Source: an uncultured Pelagibacteraceae bacterium (GTDB lineage Bacteria; Pseudomonadota; Alphaproteobacteria; Pelagibacterales; AG-422-B15). Taken from it: a stretch of DNA of 64,000 nt. Of this stretch, positions 30,473-39,819 are shown piece by piece. The translations under genes were made by a program, and so were the position numbers. A model generated the notes under the pieces. That model was not told where the DNA came from. It did no database searches and was given only the letters and a program-made list of their open reading frames with translations. The number at the start of each line of letters is the position of its first letter. Position 1 is the stretch's first letter. Where the stretch lies: positions 85,427 to 149,426 of the forward strand of contig CACIQL010000001.1 in the NCBI GenBank assembly GCA_902588785.1, given 5' to 3'.

Positions 30473-30789
30473 TTTTTTATTTGGAGGTTTTCAGCGATAC
30501 GGTCGTTGATTAGATGTTCGTTGATTACTTGGTCCACCTCTTCTTCTGTTTTGCACGAGTACCAAACATTATCTGGATAAACAACAAGTGTTGGACCAAA
30601 TTCACAATGATCCAGACAACCTGACGCGTTTATTCTTATTTTCTTATCAGAAACTAATTCTTTTGTTTTTTTCTTCATGTAGGCTCTTAGTACTGTTGAA
30701 TTTTTAGAAGCACAACAACCTTTTGGATGACCATCGGGTCTTTGGTTGGTGCAAAAAAATACGTGTCTTTCAAAAAATTTGTTAGTCAT
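30469..30789 (-). CDS. thioredoxin-like [2Fe-2S] ferredoxin domain protein
   Basis: 106 aa with cysteines in FFCTNQR...GCCA...SGCLDHCEFGP, resembling the thioredoxin-like 2Fe-2S ferredoxin pattern. Its stop overlaps the mnmE start. Confidence 0.7.
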   Translation of the reverse strand: MTNKFFERHVFFCTNQRPDGHPKGCCASKNSTVLRAYMKKKTKELVSDKKIRINASGCLDHCEFGPTLVVYPDNVWYSCKTEEEVDQVINEHLINDRIAENLQIKK

Positions 30790-30819
30790 AAGGTCAAAAA
30801 ATTATAATATCTTATATAT

Positions 30820-31275
30820 ATGAGCAGCTACGTTTTCAAATCAATCATTGGCAATATTGAGCTTGTCTCAAGTAAAAATAGAATAATTGCAGTTCACAGA
30901 ACAAGGAAAAAGCCTAACAAAACTGAAGATAAGCTTTTAAAAAGATCTGCGCTTCAAATTAAAATGTATCTTGCGCGCAAAAGGCGATCCCTTAATTTTC
31001 CAACAAGACAAATGGGCACAAAATTTCAAAATCGTGTTTGGAATTATTTACGAAGGATACCTTATGGTAGAACAACTACTTATGGGGACATTGCAAGGAA
31101 GTTGAGAACTTCGCCCCGAGCTGTTGGGGGAGCCTTAGGAAGAAATAATCTTATGATGACAGTTCCATGTCACAGAGTAGTTGGAAGTGACGGCAAACTC
31201 ACAGGATTTACATCAGTGGGTGGGTTAAGTACCAAAAGAAATTTACTGAACATTGAACAAAAAACTAAAAAATAA
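30820..31275 (+). CDS. ogt: methylated-DNA--protein-cysteine methyltransferase
   Basis: 151 aa with active-site PCHRVV preceded by YGDIA and SPRAVGGALGRN. Confidence 0.85.
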   Translation: MSSYVFKSIIGNIELVSSKNRIIAVHRTRKKPNKTEDKLLKRSALQIKMYLARKRRSLNFPTRQMGTKFQNRVWNYLRRIPYGRTTTYGDIARKLRTSPRAVGGALGRNNLMMTVPCHRVVGSDGKLTGFTSVGGLSTKRNLLNIEQKTKK

Positions 31276-31792
31276 TCTTGAAAAGAAAATTAGGGTAATT
31301 CCTAATTTTCCAAAAAAAGGCATTCAGTTTCAAGATATAACTTCAATCACAGACAGTAAGCAGCTTTTTACCGAAGTTGTTAATGAAATTTCTAAATATT
31401 GTAAAAAAAATAAATTTACTAAAGTAGCTGGGATAGAAGCAAGAGGCTTCATCTTTGGATCAGCTGTTGCCTACAAGCTTGGCTTGCCTTTTATTCCAAT
31501 AAGAAAAAAAGGGAAACTTCCAGGGAAAATAGTCAAACAAAAATACAAGTTAGAGTATGGAATGGATGAAATCCAGGTACACAAACACTCTATCACTTCA
31601 AGAGATAAGGTTTTGATTGTCGATGACTTAATTGCAACCGGTGGAACAGCTAACGCAGCCGCAAAGCTAATTTCAAGACTTGGAGTTAAAAGAATTGAAT
31701 TTTTTATGATAATTGATTTATGGAACCTTGAAGGCTCAAAAAAGATTTCTAAAAGTTATCAGATAAGGTCTTTGATGAAGGCAGAAGGGTAG
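31253..31792 (+). CDS. apt: adenine phosphoribosyltransferase
   Basis: 179 aa with IPNFPKKGIQFQDIT and PRPP motif VLIVDDLIATGGT. TTG start lies inside the ogt 3' end; no in-frame ATG is available upstream of the conserved N-terminus. Confidence 0.9.
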   Translation: MNKKLKNNLEKKIRVIPNFPKKGIQFQDITSITDSKQLFTEVVNEISKYCKKNKFTKVAGIEARGFIFGSAVAYKLGLPFIPIRKKGKLPGKIVKQKYKLEYGMDEIQVHKHSITSRDKVLIVDDLIATGGTANAAAKLISRLGVKRIEFFMIIDLWNLEGSKKISKSYQIRSLMKAEG

Positions 31793-31793
31793 T

Positions 31794-33059
31794 TTACTTA
31801 TTCATTGACTGGAAGAAATCGGCATTATCTTTGGTTTCTTTCAGTTTTCCGAGTAAGAATTCAATGGAGTCCATTGTTCCCATTGGGTTAAGAATACGTC
31901 TAAGAACATACATTTTCTGAAGCTCGTCTTTATCAAGCAGTATCTCTTCTTTTCGAGTGCCGGACTTAGTAATATCAATTGCAGGATATATTCTTTTATC
32001 AGCAACTTTTCTGTCCAATATAATTTCTGAGTTACCGGTACCTTTGAATTCCTCAAAAATTACCTCATCCATTCTACTTCCTGTATCAATCAGAGCAGTT
32101 GAAATAATAGTTAGTGAACCACCATCTTCAATATTTCTGGCTGCACCAAAAAATCTCTTTGGTCTTTGTAGTGCGTTTGCATCAACACCACCTGTTAATA
32201 CTTTTCCTGAACTTGGGACAACTGTATTGTAAGCACGACCAAGTCTTGTAATTGAGTCTAAAAGAATAACGACATCTTTTTTATGCTCCACTAATCGTTT
32301 TGCTTTGTTGATGACCATCTCTGCAACTTGTACGTGACGTGATGCAGGCTCATCAAATGTTGAACTTACAACCTCTCCTTTGACAGAGCGTTGCATATCA
32401 GTAACTTCCTCTGGTCTCTCATCAATTAATAGAACCATTAAATAACATTCTGGATGGTTATCAGTAATTGAATGTGCAATATTCTGCAGTAAGACTGTTT
32501 TACCTGTTCTTGGCGGTGAAACAATAAGTGCTCTTTGACCCTTACCGATTGGCGCAACCAGGTCAATTACTCTTGAACTTTGATCGCTTGCTGGTTTTTC
32601 AGTTTCTAATCTGATTTGCTCATCAGGATAAAGAGGTGTTAGGTTATCAAAGTTAATTTTGTTTCTACTTTTTTCGGTTGCTTCGTAGTTGATTGTATCA
32701 ATTTTTAATAATGCAAAATAACGTTCACCGTCCTTTGGTGCCCTGATTGGACCTTCAACAGTGTCTCCTGATCTTAATCCAAATCTTTTAATTTGACTTG
32801 GGCTTACATAAATATCATCAGGACCTGGAAGATAATTGGCCTCCATTGATCTTAAAAAACCAAACCCGTCCTGTAAAACTTCTAAAACACCTTCGCCGTC
32901 AATATCTTTGCTGTCACTCGCAAGTGTTTTCAGTATTTCAAACAGCATATCTTGTGTACGCATTGAACTGGCATTTTCAACACCAAGTTCCTCCGCATAA
33001 ACAAGAAGCTCTTGTGGAGTTTTTTTCTTAAGGTCTCTTAATTTTAAGTTTTTAGCCAT
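31794..33059 (-). CDS. rho: transcription termination factor Rho
   Basis: 421 aa with an N-terminal RNA-binding domain ([14 protein letters not shown]), Walker A PPRTGKT, and the C-terminal domain. Confidence 0.97.
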   Translation of the reverse strand: MAKNLKLRDLKKKTPQELLVYAEELGVENASSMRTQDMLFEILKTLASDSKDIDGEGVLEVLQDGFGFLRSMEANYLPGPDDIYVSPSQIKRFGLRSGDTVEGPIRAPKDGERYFALLKIDTINYEATEKSRNKINFDNLTPLYPDEQIRLETEKPASDQSSRVIDLVAPIGKGQRALIVSPPRTGKTVLLQNIAHSITDNHPECYLMVLLIDERPEEVTDMQRSVKGEVVSSTFDEPASRHVQVAEMVINKAKRLVEHKKDVVILLDSITRLGRAYNTVVPSSGKVLTGGVDANALQRPKRFFGAARNIEDGGSLTIISTALIDTGSRMDEVIFEEFKGTGNSEIILDRKVADKRIYPAIDITKSGTRKEEILLDKDELQKMYVLRRILNPMGTMDSIEFLLGKLKETKDNADFFQSMNK

Positions 33060-33136
33060 TCGTTTTGATGATGATGATAATGTGGAAAATAGTTTGGAAG
33101 CTGCTTTCTAACCGTAATCGTTAAATATATCAAGTT

Positions 33137-33580
33137 TTATATTGGTTTAAAAATAACCAAAAATACGACAATTATCATCAAAACCGTTGGAAATTCATTG
33201 ATAATTCTAAAAAAACGCTCTGATTTTGGCCTTTTATCCTCTTGAAACTCTCTTGTTAATTTTGAGAAATACCCATGCACTCCAGACATGAGAATCACAA
33301 ATATGATTTTTAATTGAAGCCATAATTGAAGCAGCGCATCAATACCCAAATTTGATATCAACGCTAAACCAAATAGCCATGAAAATATCATCGCTGGATT
33401 CATAATTATTTTAAGTAAACGAAGTTCCATCAATTTGAAAGTCTCTGACGAGTCAGACCCCACCTCTTTACTCCAATGGTAAACAAATAATCTTGGCAAA
33501 TATAATAAACCCGCCATCCATGCTATAACACTGATGATGTGTAAACTAAGAAATAAATTATATAAAAAAATTGAATTCAT
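33137..33580 (-). CDS. hemJ: protoporphyrinogen IX oxidase HemJ (UPF0093/CopD-like)
   Basis: 147 aa with 4 TM segments. LHIISVIAWMAGLLYLPRLFVYH is the HemJ signature. Its stop-proximal neighbour is hemH, with an overlapping junction. Confidence 0.8.
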   Translation of the reverse strand: MNSIFLYNLFLSLHIISVIAWMAGLLYLPRLFVYHWSKEVGSDSSETFKLMELRLLKIIMNPAMIFSWLFGLALISNLGIDALLQLWLQLKIIFVILMSGVHGYFSKLTREFQEDKRPKSERFFRIINEFPTVLMIIVVFLVIFKPI

Positions 33581-34596
33581 CTTAATTCTTGATCACATTG
33601 CTTGAACGTAGCTGGACATATTTTTTGCCTGATATTACCGCTCTCAATTTTCTCTGACTCACTAACTATTTCAGATAAGCTTTCTATAAATGTTTGATCA
33701 ATATTTAAGGACTCGGATCTATAATAATGCTTACAACCTAGTTCGCTTGCAAGTTCTTGATACTCGATATCTAATTCAACGAGTGTTTCAGAGTGATCCG
33801 AAACAAACGCAATTGGAACAATAACTAACGCTCTATCTTCGCTAATTGCATTTTCAATTTCACTTGGTGTTGTTGGTTCAAGCCATTTAACTGGGGTCAC
33901 TTTACTTTGGTAAGCCAAAACATGATCTTCACAACCATGAATGCCCTTCATGACCGCCTTTACTGTTTGCTCCACTTGCCACTGATATGGATCACCTTTT
34001 TTAATTATTGATACAGGTAAACTGTGAGCAGAAAACAGAACTCTTACTTTCTTGTCTTTGATGTGGTTTATTTTATCTTGGATCAGTTTTTGATGGGCTT
34101 TGATTAATTTTGCGTCATATGGATAACAACAGGTGTATTTTGTTTTTGCATCTAACTCCTGGTTTTGGGCTTCGTTGAACCATGCATCCAGAGAAGATTT
34201 TGTTGTTGTTGTGGAGTACTGTGGATACAGGGGGAGTAAAAATATTTTGTCTGGTTTATAGTCTTTGACTTTTGAAACAACCTCGGCTGTCATTGGATGC
34301 CAATATCTCATGCAGACAAATACCTTATTCTCGATGCCTTTGTTTTTTAACTCTTTCTGAAGGGCCTCTGCTTGGGAGTTTGTAATTTCAAGAATAGGTG
34401 ATTTACCGCCTATTTCGGCATAAATTTCAGTGGCCTCTTTTGTTCGACGGGAAGATATAAGTCTTGCCAATAAATACCTGAAGGGATTTGGAAGTCTAAA
34501 TATGTTGGGATCATTAAACAGATTAAATAAAAAAGGTTTTACGCTTTCTTGTTTGTCTGGTCCGCCCAAGTTAAATAAAACGACCGCTGTTTTCAT
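33577..34596 (-). CDS. hemH: ferrochelatase
   Basis: 339 aa with VLFNLGGPD, RYWHP, LFSAHSLP, and FVSDHSETL. Confidence 0.95.
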   Translation of the reverse strand: MKTAVVLFNLGGPDKQESVKPFLFNLFNDPNIFRLPNPFRYLLARLISSRRTKEATEIYAEIGGKSPILEITNSQAEALQKELKNKGIENKVFVCMRYWHPMTAEVVSKVKDYKPDKIFLLPLYPQYSTTTTKSSLDAWFNEAQNQELDAKTKYTCCYPYDAKLIKAHQKLIQDKINHIKDKKVRVLFSAHSLPVSIIKKGDPYQWQVEQTVKAVMKGIHGCEDHVLAYQSKVTPVKWLEPTTPSEIENAISEDRALVIVPIAFVSDHSETLVELDIEYQELASELGCKHYYRSESLNIDQTFIESLSEIVSESEKIESGNIRQKICPATFKQCDQELR

Positions 34597-35579
34597 GTTG
34601 ACCTTATCTGTAAGAGCATTTGCTCAACCTTCTCAATTGATGTCTCGGGTAAAACTCCGTGTCCTAAATTAAAAATATGTGGTCTTTCTCTAAAAGCAAA
34701 CAATATTTCTTCAATTTTTTGACTAAGATTTTGAGCGTCTTTTAATAGGTGTTTAGGATCTAAATTTCCTTGAAAAACAATTTTATCGTTTAGCTCATTA
34801 ATTTTATCTAAAGGAAAATTATAGTCTAAGGTAATACAGTCAAGCTTATCTATATTTGAATATTTTTTATAACATGCAAGATTAGTGTTTCTAGGAAAGC
34901 CAATAGTAGGAATGTCTTTTATTTTTTTTATACTCTCAATAATTTTTTTTGTAGGTTGAATACACCATTTGTTGAACTGTTCATCGTTCAAGTGTTCTGC
35001 TGCTGACTCAAATATTTGAAAAGCATCAATCCCACAATTAATTTGCATGTCTGCATGTTGAATGATTGCATGTGTCATTTGACCGATTAAGTTATCTATT
35101 TGTGAAGTCTTTTTTATAATATCTTCGGATTTTAGTTTTTGGCGTTCATCCTTTTCATATAAACAATAAAACAGTGTCGTCCATGCTCCACCAGCAAACC
35201 CTATTAAGGGGACATCTGTATTTTCTTTAATTTTTTTTATTCCTGTTGCAAGAGGTAGAGTTTTTTCAAGATTATAATTTATTTTCTCATCAAACTTTAT
35301 TACTGGACCCTGCCCTTCGATAAAACTAACGGTTGAGCCTGCAGCAAAAGGAGTTATTAAAATATCTGAAAACACAATACAAGCATCCATGCCATATCTG
35401 TTTACAGGCTGAAGGGAAATCTCAAGTATTGTCTCGGGATCAAGAAACATATCCATAAGGTTTGCAAACTGTTTTCTGATAGTTATATATTCGGGCAAAT
35501 GTCTCCCCGCCTGTCTCATTAACCAAACTGGTGTTGGGTTTGTTTTTTGACCCTTAAGTGTGTCTATAAATATACTCAT
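34593..35579 (-). CDS. hemE: uroporphyrinogen decarboxylase
   Basis: The start is set at ATG 35579 (MSIFIDTLKGQKTNPTPVWLMRQAGRHLPEY, the canonical HemE N-terminus). The 63-codon upstream extension in the ORF track runs through the AT-rich spacer and is not credible. Confidence 0.93.
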   Translation of the reverse strand: MSIFIDTLKGQKTNPTPVWLMRQAGRHLPEYITIRKQFANLMDMFLDPETILEISLQPVNRYGMDACIVFSDILITPFAAGSTVSFIEGQGPVIKFDEKINYNLEKTLPLATGIKKIKENTDVPLIGFAGGAWTTLFYCLYEKDERQKLKSEDIIKKTSQIDNLIGQMTHAIIQHADMQINCGIDAFQIFESAAEHLNDEQFNKWCIQPTKKIIESIKKIKDIPTIGFPRNTNLACYKKYSNIDKLDCITLDYNFPLDKINELNDKIVFQGNLDPKHLLKDAQNLSQKIEEILFAFRERPHIFNLGHGVLPETSIEKVEQMLLQIRST

Positions 35580-35852
35580 TATATTATATATATAATTGTA
35601 GTTGTTTATGTTCCTGTGGAATTGTGTATATATAAAAAGTCGCTTTTTGCCCACAATTCGATACACAGAACAACCGCTTTGAATTATATGTTTTTTAACC
35701 TTATACACCGACGTGGAAGAAAGCCCCAATATCTCTAACAGGTGAACAAAGTTTGCAAAAATTCTCAATAAAGATAGAAAAATAAGTTAAAAATTACAGA
35801 TGGGTAAAGATAGTAAAAGCACTCACAGGTCATAAGGGGTTTATACAGGTTT
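35580..35852. other. candidate chromosomal replication origin (oriC) in the hemE / maf spacer
   Basis: This is one of the largest non-coding gaps in the window. It is flanked by the alphaproteobacterial origin synteny (parAB-rsmG-mnmGE-rho-hemE | maf-aroE-coaE-dnaQ). Predominant gene orientation flips here. An AT-only tract lies at 35581-35610, and there are several degenerate DnaA-box-like 9-mers. Confidence 0.5.
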
Positions 35853-36458
35853 ATGAACAGAGATATAATTTTGGCATCTAAAAGCGAAACAAGGGTTAAA
35901 TTATTACGCAACGCCGGTATAAGCTTTGAGGCCGTTGCTCATGGTGTAGATGAGGATGAGGTAAAGTTGTCGATGAGTAAAAATACCCCCGAAGAGGTCG
36001 TAGTTAAACTTGCAGAAATGAAAGCTTTGAAACCCTCAATGTCTAATAAAAATGCCTTTGTTATAGGATCAGACCAAGGTTTGGATCTTAAAGGCGAATT
36101 AATTAACAAGGCTAGGGATAGAAATGAAGCAAAAGAACAGTTGATGAAAATGAGTGGATCTGTCCACACACTCATAACCGCCACAACAGTCGCTCAAGAC
36201 AATAATATTATTTGGAAGTATGTAGACAGATCTAAAATGCACATGCGAAAGCTTAGCGAGGATCTGATAAAAGAGTATTTAAATAAAGTCGACGATAATA
36301 TTCTTGGTCTTGTAGGTGTCTATGCAATTGAGGAGGAAGGAATTAAACTTTTTGAAAACATTGGGAGTGACCTTTTTTCAATACAAGGCATATCACTAAT
36401 TCAGTTAACCCAGTTCCTTTGGGACAACAACCTTCTATTTGAAAACAATGGCACATAA
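35853..36458 (+). CDS. maf: Maf-like nucleoside triphosphate pyrophosphatase
   Basis: 201 aa with N-terminal ILASKSETR and SDQ motif regions typical of Maf. Confidence 0.9.
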   Translation: MNRDIILASKSETRVKLLRNAGISFEAVAHGVDEDEVKLSMSKNTPEEVVVKLAEMKALKPSMSNKNAFVIGSDQGLDLKGELINKARDRNEAKEQLMKMSGSVHTLITATTVAQDNNIIWKYVDRSKMHMRKLSEDLIKEYLNKVDDNILGLVGVYAIEEEGIKLFENIGSDLFSIQGISLIQLTQFLWDNNLLFENNGT

Positions 36459-37263
36459 AAAAACAGCAGTTATTGGAGACCCAATAGATCATAGTCTTTC
36501 ACCTAAAATTCATAATCACTGGATTGAAAGTAAGAAAATTGATGTGAGCGCCTACCAAAAAATAAATGTAAAAAAAGAAAACTTTATTAGGGATGTTGAT
36601 CATTTAATAGAAGAGGGTTACTACGGTTTAAATGTCACAGTTCCCCTTAAGGAGGACGCATATAAATATTGTGACAACACATCTGATGTTGCAAGAACCC
36701 TCAAAGCAGTCAATACACTCATAGTAAATAAAGATGGTGTTTATGGGGATAACACCGACCCGATTGGTTTTGAAAAATCAATTGCAAACAAAGGCCTAAA
36801 TAACAAGTTGTGTTTGGTGCTCGGAGCCGGCGGATCAGCAAGGGCGGTTGTGTATGCGTTAACACATATGAAGTGTGAGATTGGTATTTATAATAGAACA
36901 AGAGAAAACGCAGAGTCACTTTGCAGCGATCTTGGTGTTGAAGCAACGGTTTTAACAGAAAAGACAATCAGTGAGTTTATTAGATCCTCACAATTAGTTG
37001 TCAACACCACAAGCTTAGGACAACAAGAGGGCGAAGAAAACAATTTAATAGACTTTGATATCCTGAATTCATCTGCGCATGTTTACGACCTGATATACAA
37101 TCCAAGCAAGACAACTTTTCTAAGACGCGCTGAGAAAAATGGTTGCACAGTTCAAAATGGACTGGAAATGCTAATCCATCAAGCCGCGCAGTCTTTCAAC
37201 CTGTGGCACGACACAATGCCTGAGATTGATGAAGATTTAATGAGTGTATTGGGGGTTAACTAG
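36448..37263 (+). CDS. aroE: shikimate dehydrogenase
   Basis: VIGDPIDHSLSPKIHN, NVTVPLK, and GAGGSARAV. The ATG at 36448 is preferred over the TTG at 36439. Confidence 0.9.
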   Translation: MAHKKTAVIGDPIDHSLSPKIHNHWIESKKIDVSAYQKINVKKENFIRDVDHLIEEGYYGLNVTVPLKEDAYKYCDNTSDVARTLKAVNTLIVNKDGVYGDNTDPIGFEKSIANKGLNNKLCLVLGAGGSARAVVYALTHMKCEIGIYNRTRENAESLCSDLGVEATVLTEKTISEFIRSSQLVVNTTSLGQQEGEENNLIDFDILNSSAHVYDLIYNPSKTTFLRRAEKNGCTVQNGLEMLIHQAAQSFNLWHDTMPEIDEDLMSVLGVN

Positions 37264-37886
37264 TGCTGTTGGTTGGTGTAACGGGATCTATTGGGATGGG
37301 AAAATCCACGGTTGCCAAAATGTTTAAAGATCACGGTTACGGCGTGTATAATGCTGATGATACAGTTCATTACATCTACGAAAACGATGAGGAGGTTATA
37401 GAAAAAGTAGAGAGGCAGTTTCCAGGCTCAACGAAAGATGGTGTAGTCAATCGATTAGCATTAAGAGATATTCTAAATAAAGACCCTGATAAATTTAGAG
37501 ATCTAGAACAAATTGTTCATCCTGTAACAAGGAAATACCAAATAATTTACATAAAAAAATTAATTGAAGAAGGAAAGATGGGCTGTGTTTTAGACATTCC
37601 ATTACTCTTTGAAACTGGAGGAGAAAAATACGTAGACGTTTCTGTGGTGGTGACAGCATCTGAAGCAACACAACAATCCAGAGTGGTGTTGGAGAGAAAG
37701 GTACCGTTAGAAATTTTTAATGCTATTAAAGATCAACAAATGCCAGATAGAGACAAATTAAAAAAAGCAGATTACATTATTTCAACCGATAATAATATTG
37801 AAGATACCAAATCAGAAGTAAAAGAAGTTGCTGCAAAAATTAAATTGATTAATCCAAAGGCGTGGAATACCTTCTTTAATCAATGA
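37263..37886 (+). CDS. coaE: dephospho-CoA kinase
   Basis: 207 aa with P-loop VTGSIGMGKST and a GTG start overlapping the aroE stop. Confidence 0.9.
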   Translation: MLLVGVTGSIGMGKSTVAKMFKDHGYGVYNADDTVHYIYENDEEVIEKVERQFPGSTKDGVVNRLALRDILNKDPDKFRDLEQIVHPVTRKYQIIYIKKLIEEGKMGCVLDIPLLFETGGEKYVDVSVVVTASEATQQSRVVLERKVPLEIFNAIKDQQMPDRDKLKKADYIISTDNNIEDTKSEVKEVAAKIKLINPKAWNTFFNQ

Positions 37887-38593
37887 GACAGGTCGTACTT
37901 GATACAGAAACCACCGGACTAAGGCCTTCAGAGGGTCACAGAGTCATTGAAATTGCTGCAATAGAAATAATTGATTATCTACCCACTGGTAAAACATACC
38001 AACAATATATTAATCCCCAGCGAGATGTGCCTGATTCATCATTTAAAGTGCATGGATTGAGCTACGAATTTTTAAAAGACAAACCTTTGTTCGAGCATAT
38101 TGTATCAGAGTTCTTAGATTTTATAGGTGCGGATCCAATTATTGCTCACAATGTGGACTTTGATGTTGGTTTCTTAAATTACGAGCTTAATACTTGTGGC
38201 AAAGAATCTCTTAAAAATGATAAAATAGACACCGTCTCGATTGCTAGAGAAAAATTTCCTGGCCAGAGTGTTTCACTTGATGCGCTCTGTAAAAGATTTG
38301 CAATTGATAACAGGCAGAGAGAAAAACATTCAGCTACAATTGATACCGAGCTCTTAGCCCGTGTGTACATAGAACTAATGGATGCTCGCGAACTAAGCTT
38401 GGATCTAAGCTCCAAGTCAGTAACAGTGAATTCTACCTCATCTTTTGACACTGAAAAGATCAAGAATAGAAATTTAGCACCCCGAATTTCTGATCAAGAA
38501 AAAAAACTGCATGAAGAATTTATTCAAACATTAGGCGAGCACTCTATTTGGAAAAAAATTAATCAATCTAAAAATAATCAAACAAGTGAATAA
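37883..38593 (+). CDS. dnaQ: DNA polymerase III subunit epsilon (3'-5' exonuclease)
   Basis: 236 aa with ExoI VVLDTETTG, ExoII AHNVDFDVGFL, and ExoIII HSATIDTELLARVY. Confidence 0.92.
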   Translation: MRQVVLDTETTGLRPSEGHRVIEIAAIEIIDYLPTGKTYQQYINPQRDVPDSSFKVHGLSYEFLKDKPLFEHIVSEFLDFIGADPIIAHNVDFDVGFLNYELNTCGKESLKNDKIDTVSIAREKFPGQSVSLDALCKRFAIDNRQREKHSATIDTELLARVYIELMDARELSLDLSSKSVTVNSTSSFDTEKIKNRNLAPRISDQEKKLHEEFIQTLGEHSIWKKINQSKNNQTSE

Positions 38594-39398
38594 CAAAATT
38601 AATCATACTCCTAGCGATAACGGAAATTATCAACAAGTGCCTACGCCAGCCGCATCAGTATTGCTTATACGAGACACTAACCAGCGGATAGAAGTGTTTA
38701 TGATTAAAAGATCGATGAAAACAAATTTTGGCGGTGTATGGGTATTTCCAGGGGGTAAAATTGATAATGAAGATATCTCAAATAATTATTTAAAATACAG
38801 CCCTCATCTTGATGATGCCTTGGCATCTGAAAGACTTGGATTAAAAAAAAATGGCCTTTCATATTGGGCTGCATGTATCAGGGAGTGCTTTGAGGAAAGT
38901 GGAATTCTACTTGCGAATAAAAAGGGAGTAAATTTAAAAAATACCGTTCTCAACAAGGATGATCTAAAAATAATAGATCAATACAAAAGCAAAATTCTAA
39001 AAGGTGAAAATATTTTTTATCAAATGATAGATACTTTAAATCTAGAATTAGCAACAAATGAACTTGCATATATTTCACACTGGGTTACTCCAAAAATAGA
39101 GAAAAGAAGATACAGTACTAGATTTTTTATAGCCCGTACAACTGATCAGGTAGCCGTACACGATGGAGTGGAGGGAGTTGAAAGCAAATGGATTAATCCT
39201 GAAGAAGCCCTTCAAGAGAGTAAATCTGGAAATTTTCCTATGATTATGCCAACAATAAAAAATCTTGAGATGATTTGTGGTTTCATTAATACTGCTAAGC
39301 TTCTGTCTGCTATGAACAATAAAAATAAAAGTGACATACCTAATGTTGAGCCAGTTTTTGAAATTGTGGATGGTGAACCTAAACTGGTTCGCTATTAA
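38586..39398 (+). CDS. NUDIX-family hydrolase with a long insertion in the Nudix box
   Basis: 270 aa. FPGGKIDNED ... (about 35 aa) ... IRECFEESGILL; the REUXEEXGU half is clear. GTG start overlaps the dnaQ stop. Confidence 0.6.
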   Translation: MNNKINHTPSDNGNYQQVPTPAASVLLIRDTNQRIEVFMIKRSMKTNFGGVWVFPGGKIDNEDISNNYLKYSPHLDDALASERLGLKKNGLSYWAACIRECFEESGILLANKKGVNLKNTVLNKDDLKIIDQYKSKILKGENIFYQMIDTLNLELATNELAYISHWVTPKIEKRRYSTRFFIARTTDQVAVHDGVEGVESKWINPEEALQESKSGNFPMIMPTIKNLEMICGFINTAKLLSAMNNKNKSDIPNVEPVFEIVDGEPKLVRY

Positions 39399-39817
39399 TT
39401 ATTACTTGCTTTCTTTTTATAAAGTTCAGCAAAGTTCACAGGGTCTAACATAAGTGGCGGTAAAGCACCATCAGCATGTAAGTCGTAAATAATTCTTCTT
39501 GCAAATGGGAAAAGTTGTCTCGGACATTCTACTAGTAAGTAAGCTTCCTTAACATCGTCAGTAAGATTTTCAATTTCAAATATTCCAACATACTTTAGGT
39601 CTACGATATACAAACTCTGATCCGCGCGTGAAGCATTTACACTCACGTTCAGCTCGACTTCATAAATATTGGTATCTTTTCTATTTTGTGCTTTGACATC
39701 AACATTTGCATTAATAGTGGGCCTATCGCTACCTGTTTGAAATGATCCTGGCCCATTAGGATTTTCAAATGATAAGTCTCTAACAAATTGTGTGATAATT
39801 TTCGTTTTTACATCCAC
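39395..39817 (-). CDS. secB: protein-export chaperone SecB
   Basis: 140 aa with YVRDLSFENP-like start (FVRDLSFENPNGP) and ECPRQLFPFARRII. Confidence 0.9.
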   Translation of the reverse strand: MDVKTKIITQFVRDLSFENPNGPGSFQTGSDRPTINANVDVKAQNRKDTNIYEVELNVSVNASRADQSLYIVDLKYVGIFEIENLTDDVKEAYLLVECPRQLFPFARRIIYDLHADGALPPLMLDPVNFAELYKKKASNN

Positions 39818-39819
39818 TG

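Noticed and set aside
33067-33078. (GAT)4 microsatellite in the rho leader.
   Set aside because: It has only four units and no obvious structure or function. Chance can produce it.
35547-35768. The 63-codon N-terminal extension of hemE (ORF to 35768) and the plus-strand ORF 35547-35738 in the same spacer.
   Set aside because: The canonical HemE N-terminus begins at ATG 35579. The extension and the opposite-strand ORF are low-complexity (N/Y/I-rich) read-through of an AT-rich non-coding region that better fits an origin or promoter spacer.
35580-35852. CtrA-type TTAA-N7-TTAA sites or consensus TTATCCACA DnaA boxes in the putative origin.
   Set aside because: Only two isolated TTAA motifs (35695-35698 and 35787-35790) are present, with no correct spacing, and there is no 9/9 DnaA box. 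The origin call therefore rests mainly on synteny and strand switch, and confidence is limited to 0.5.
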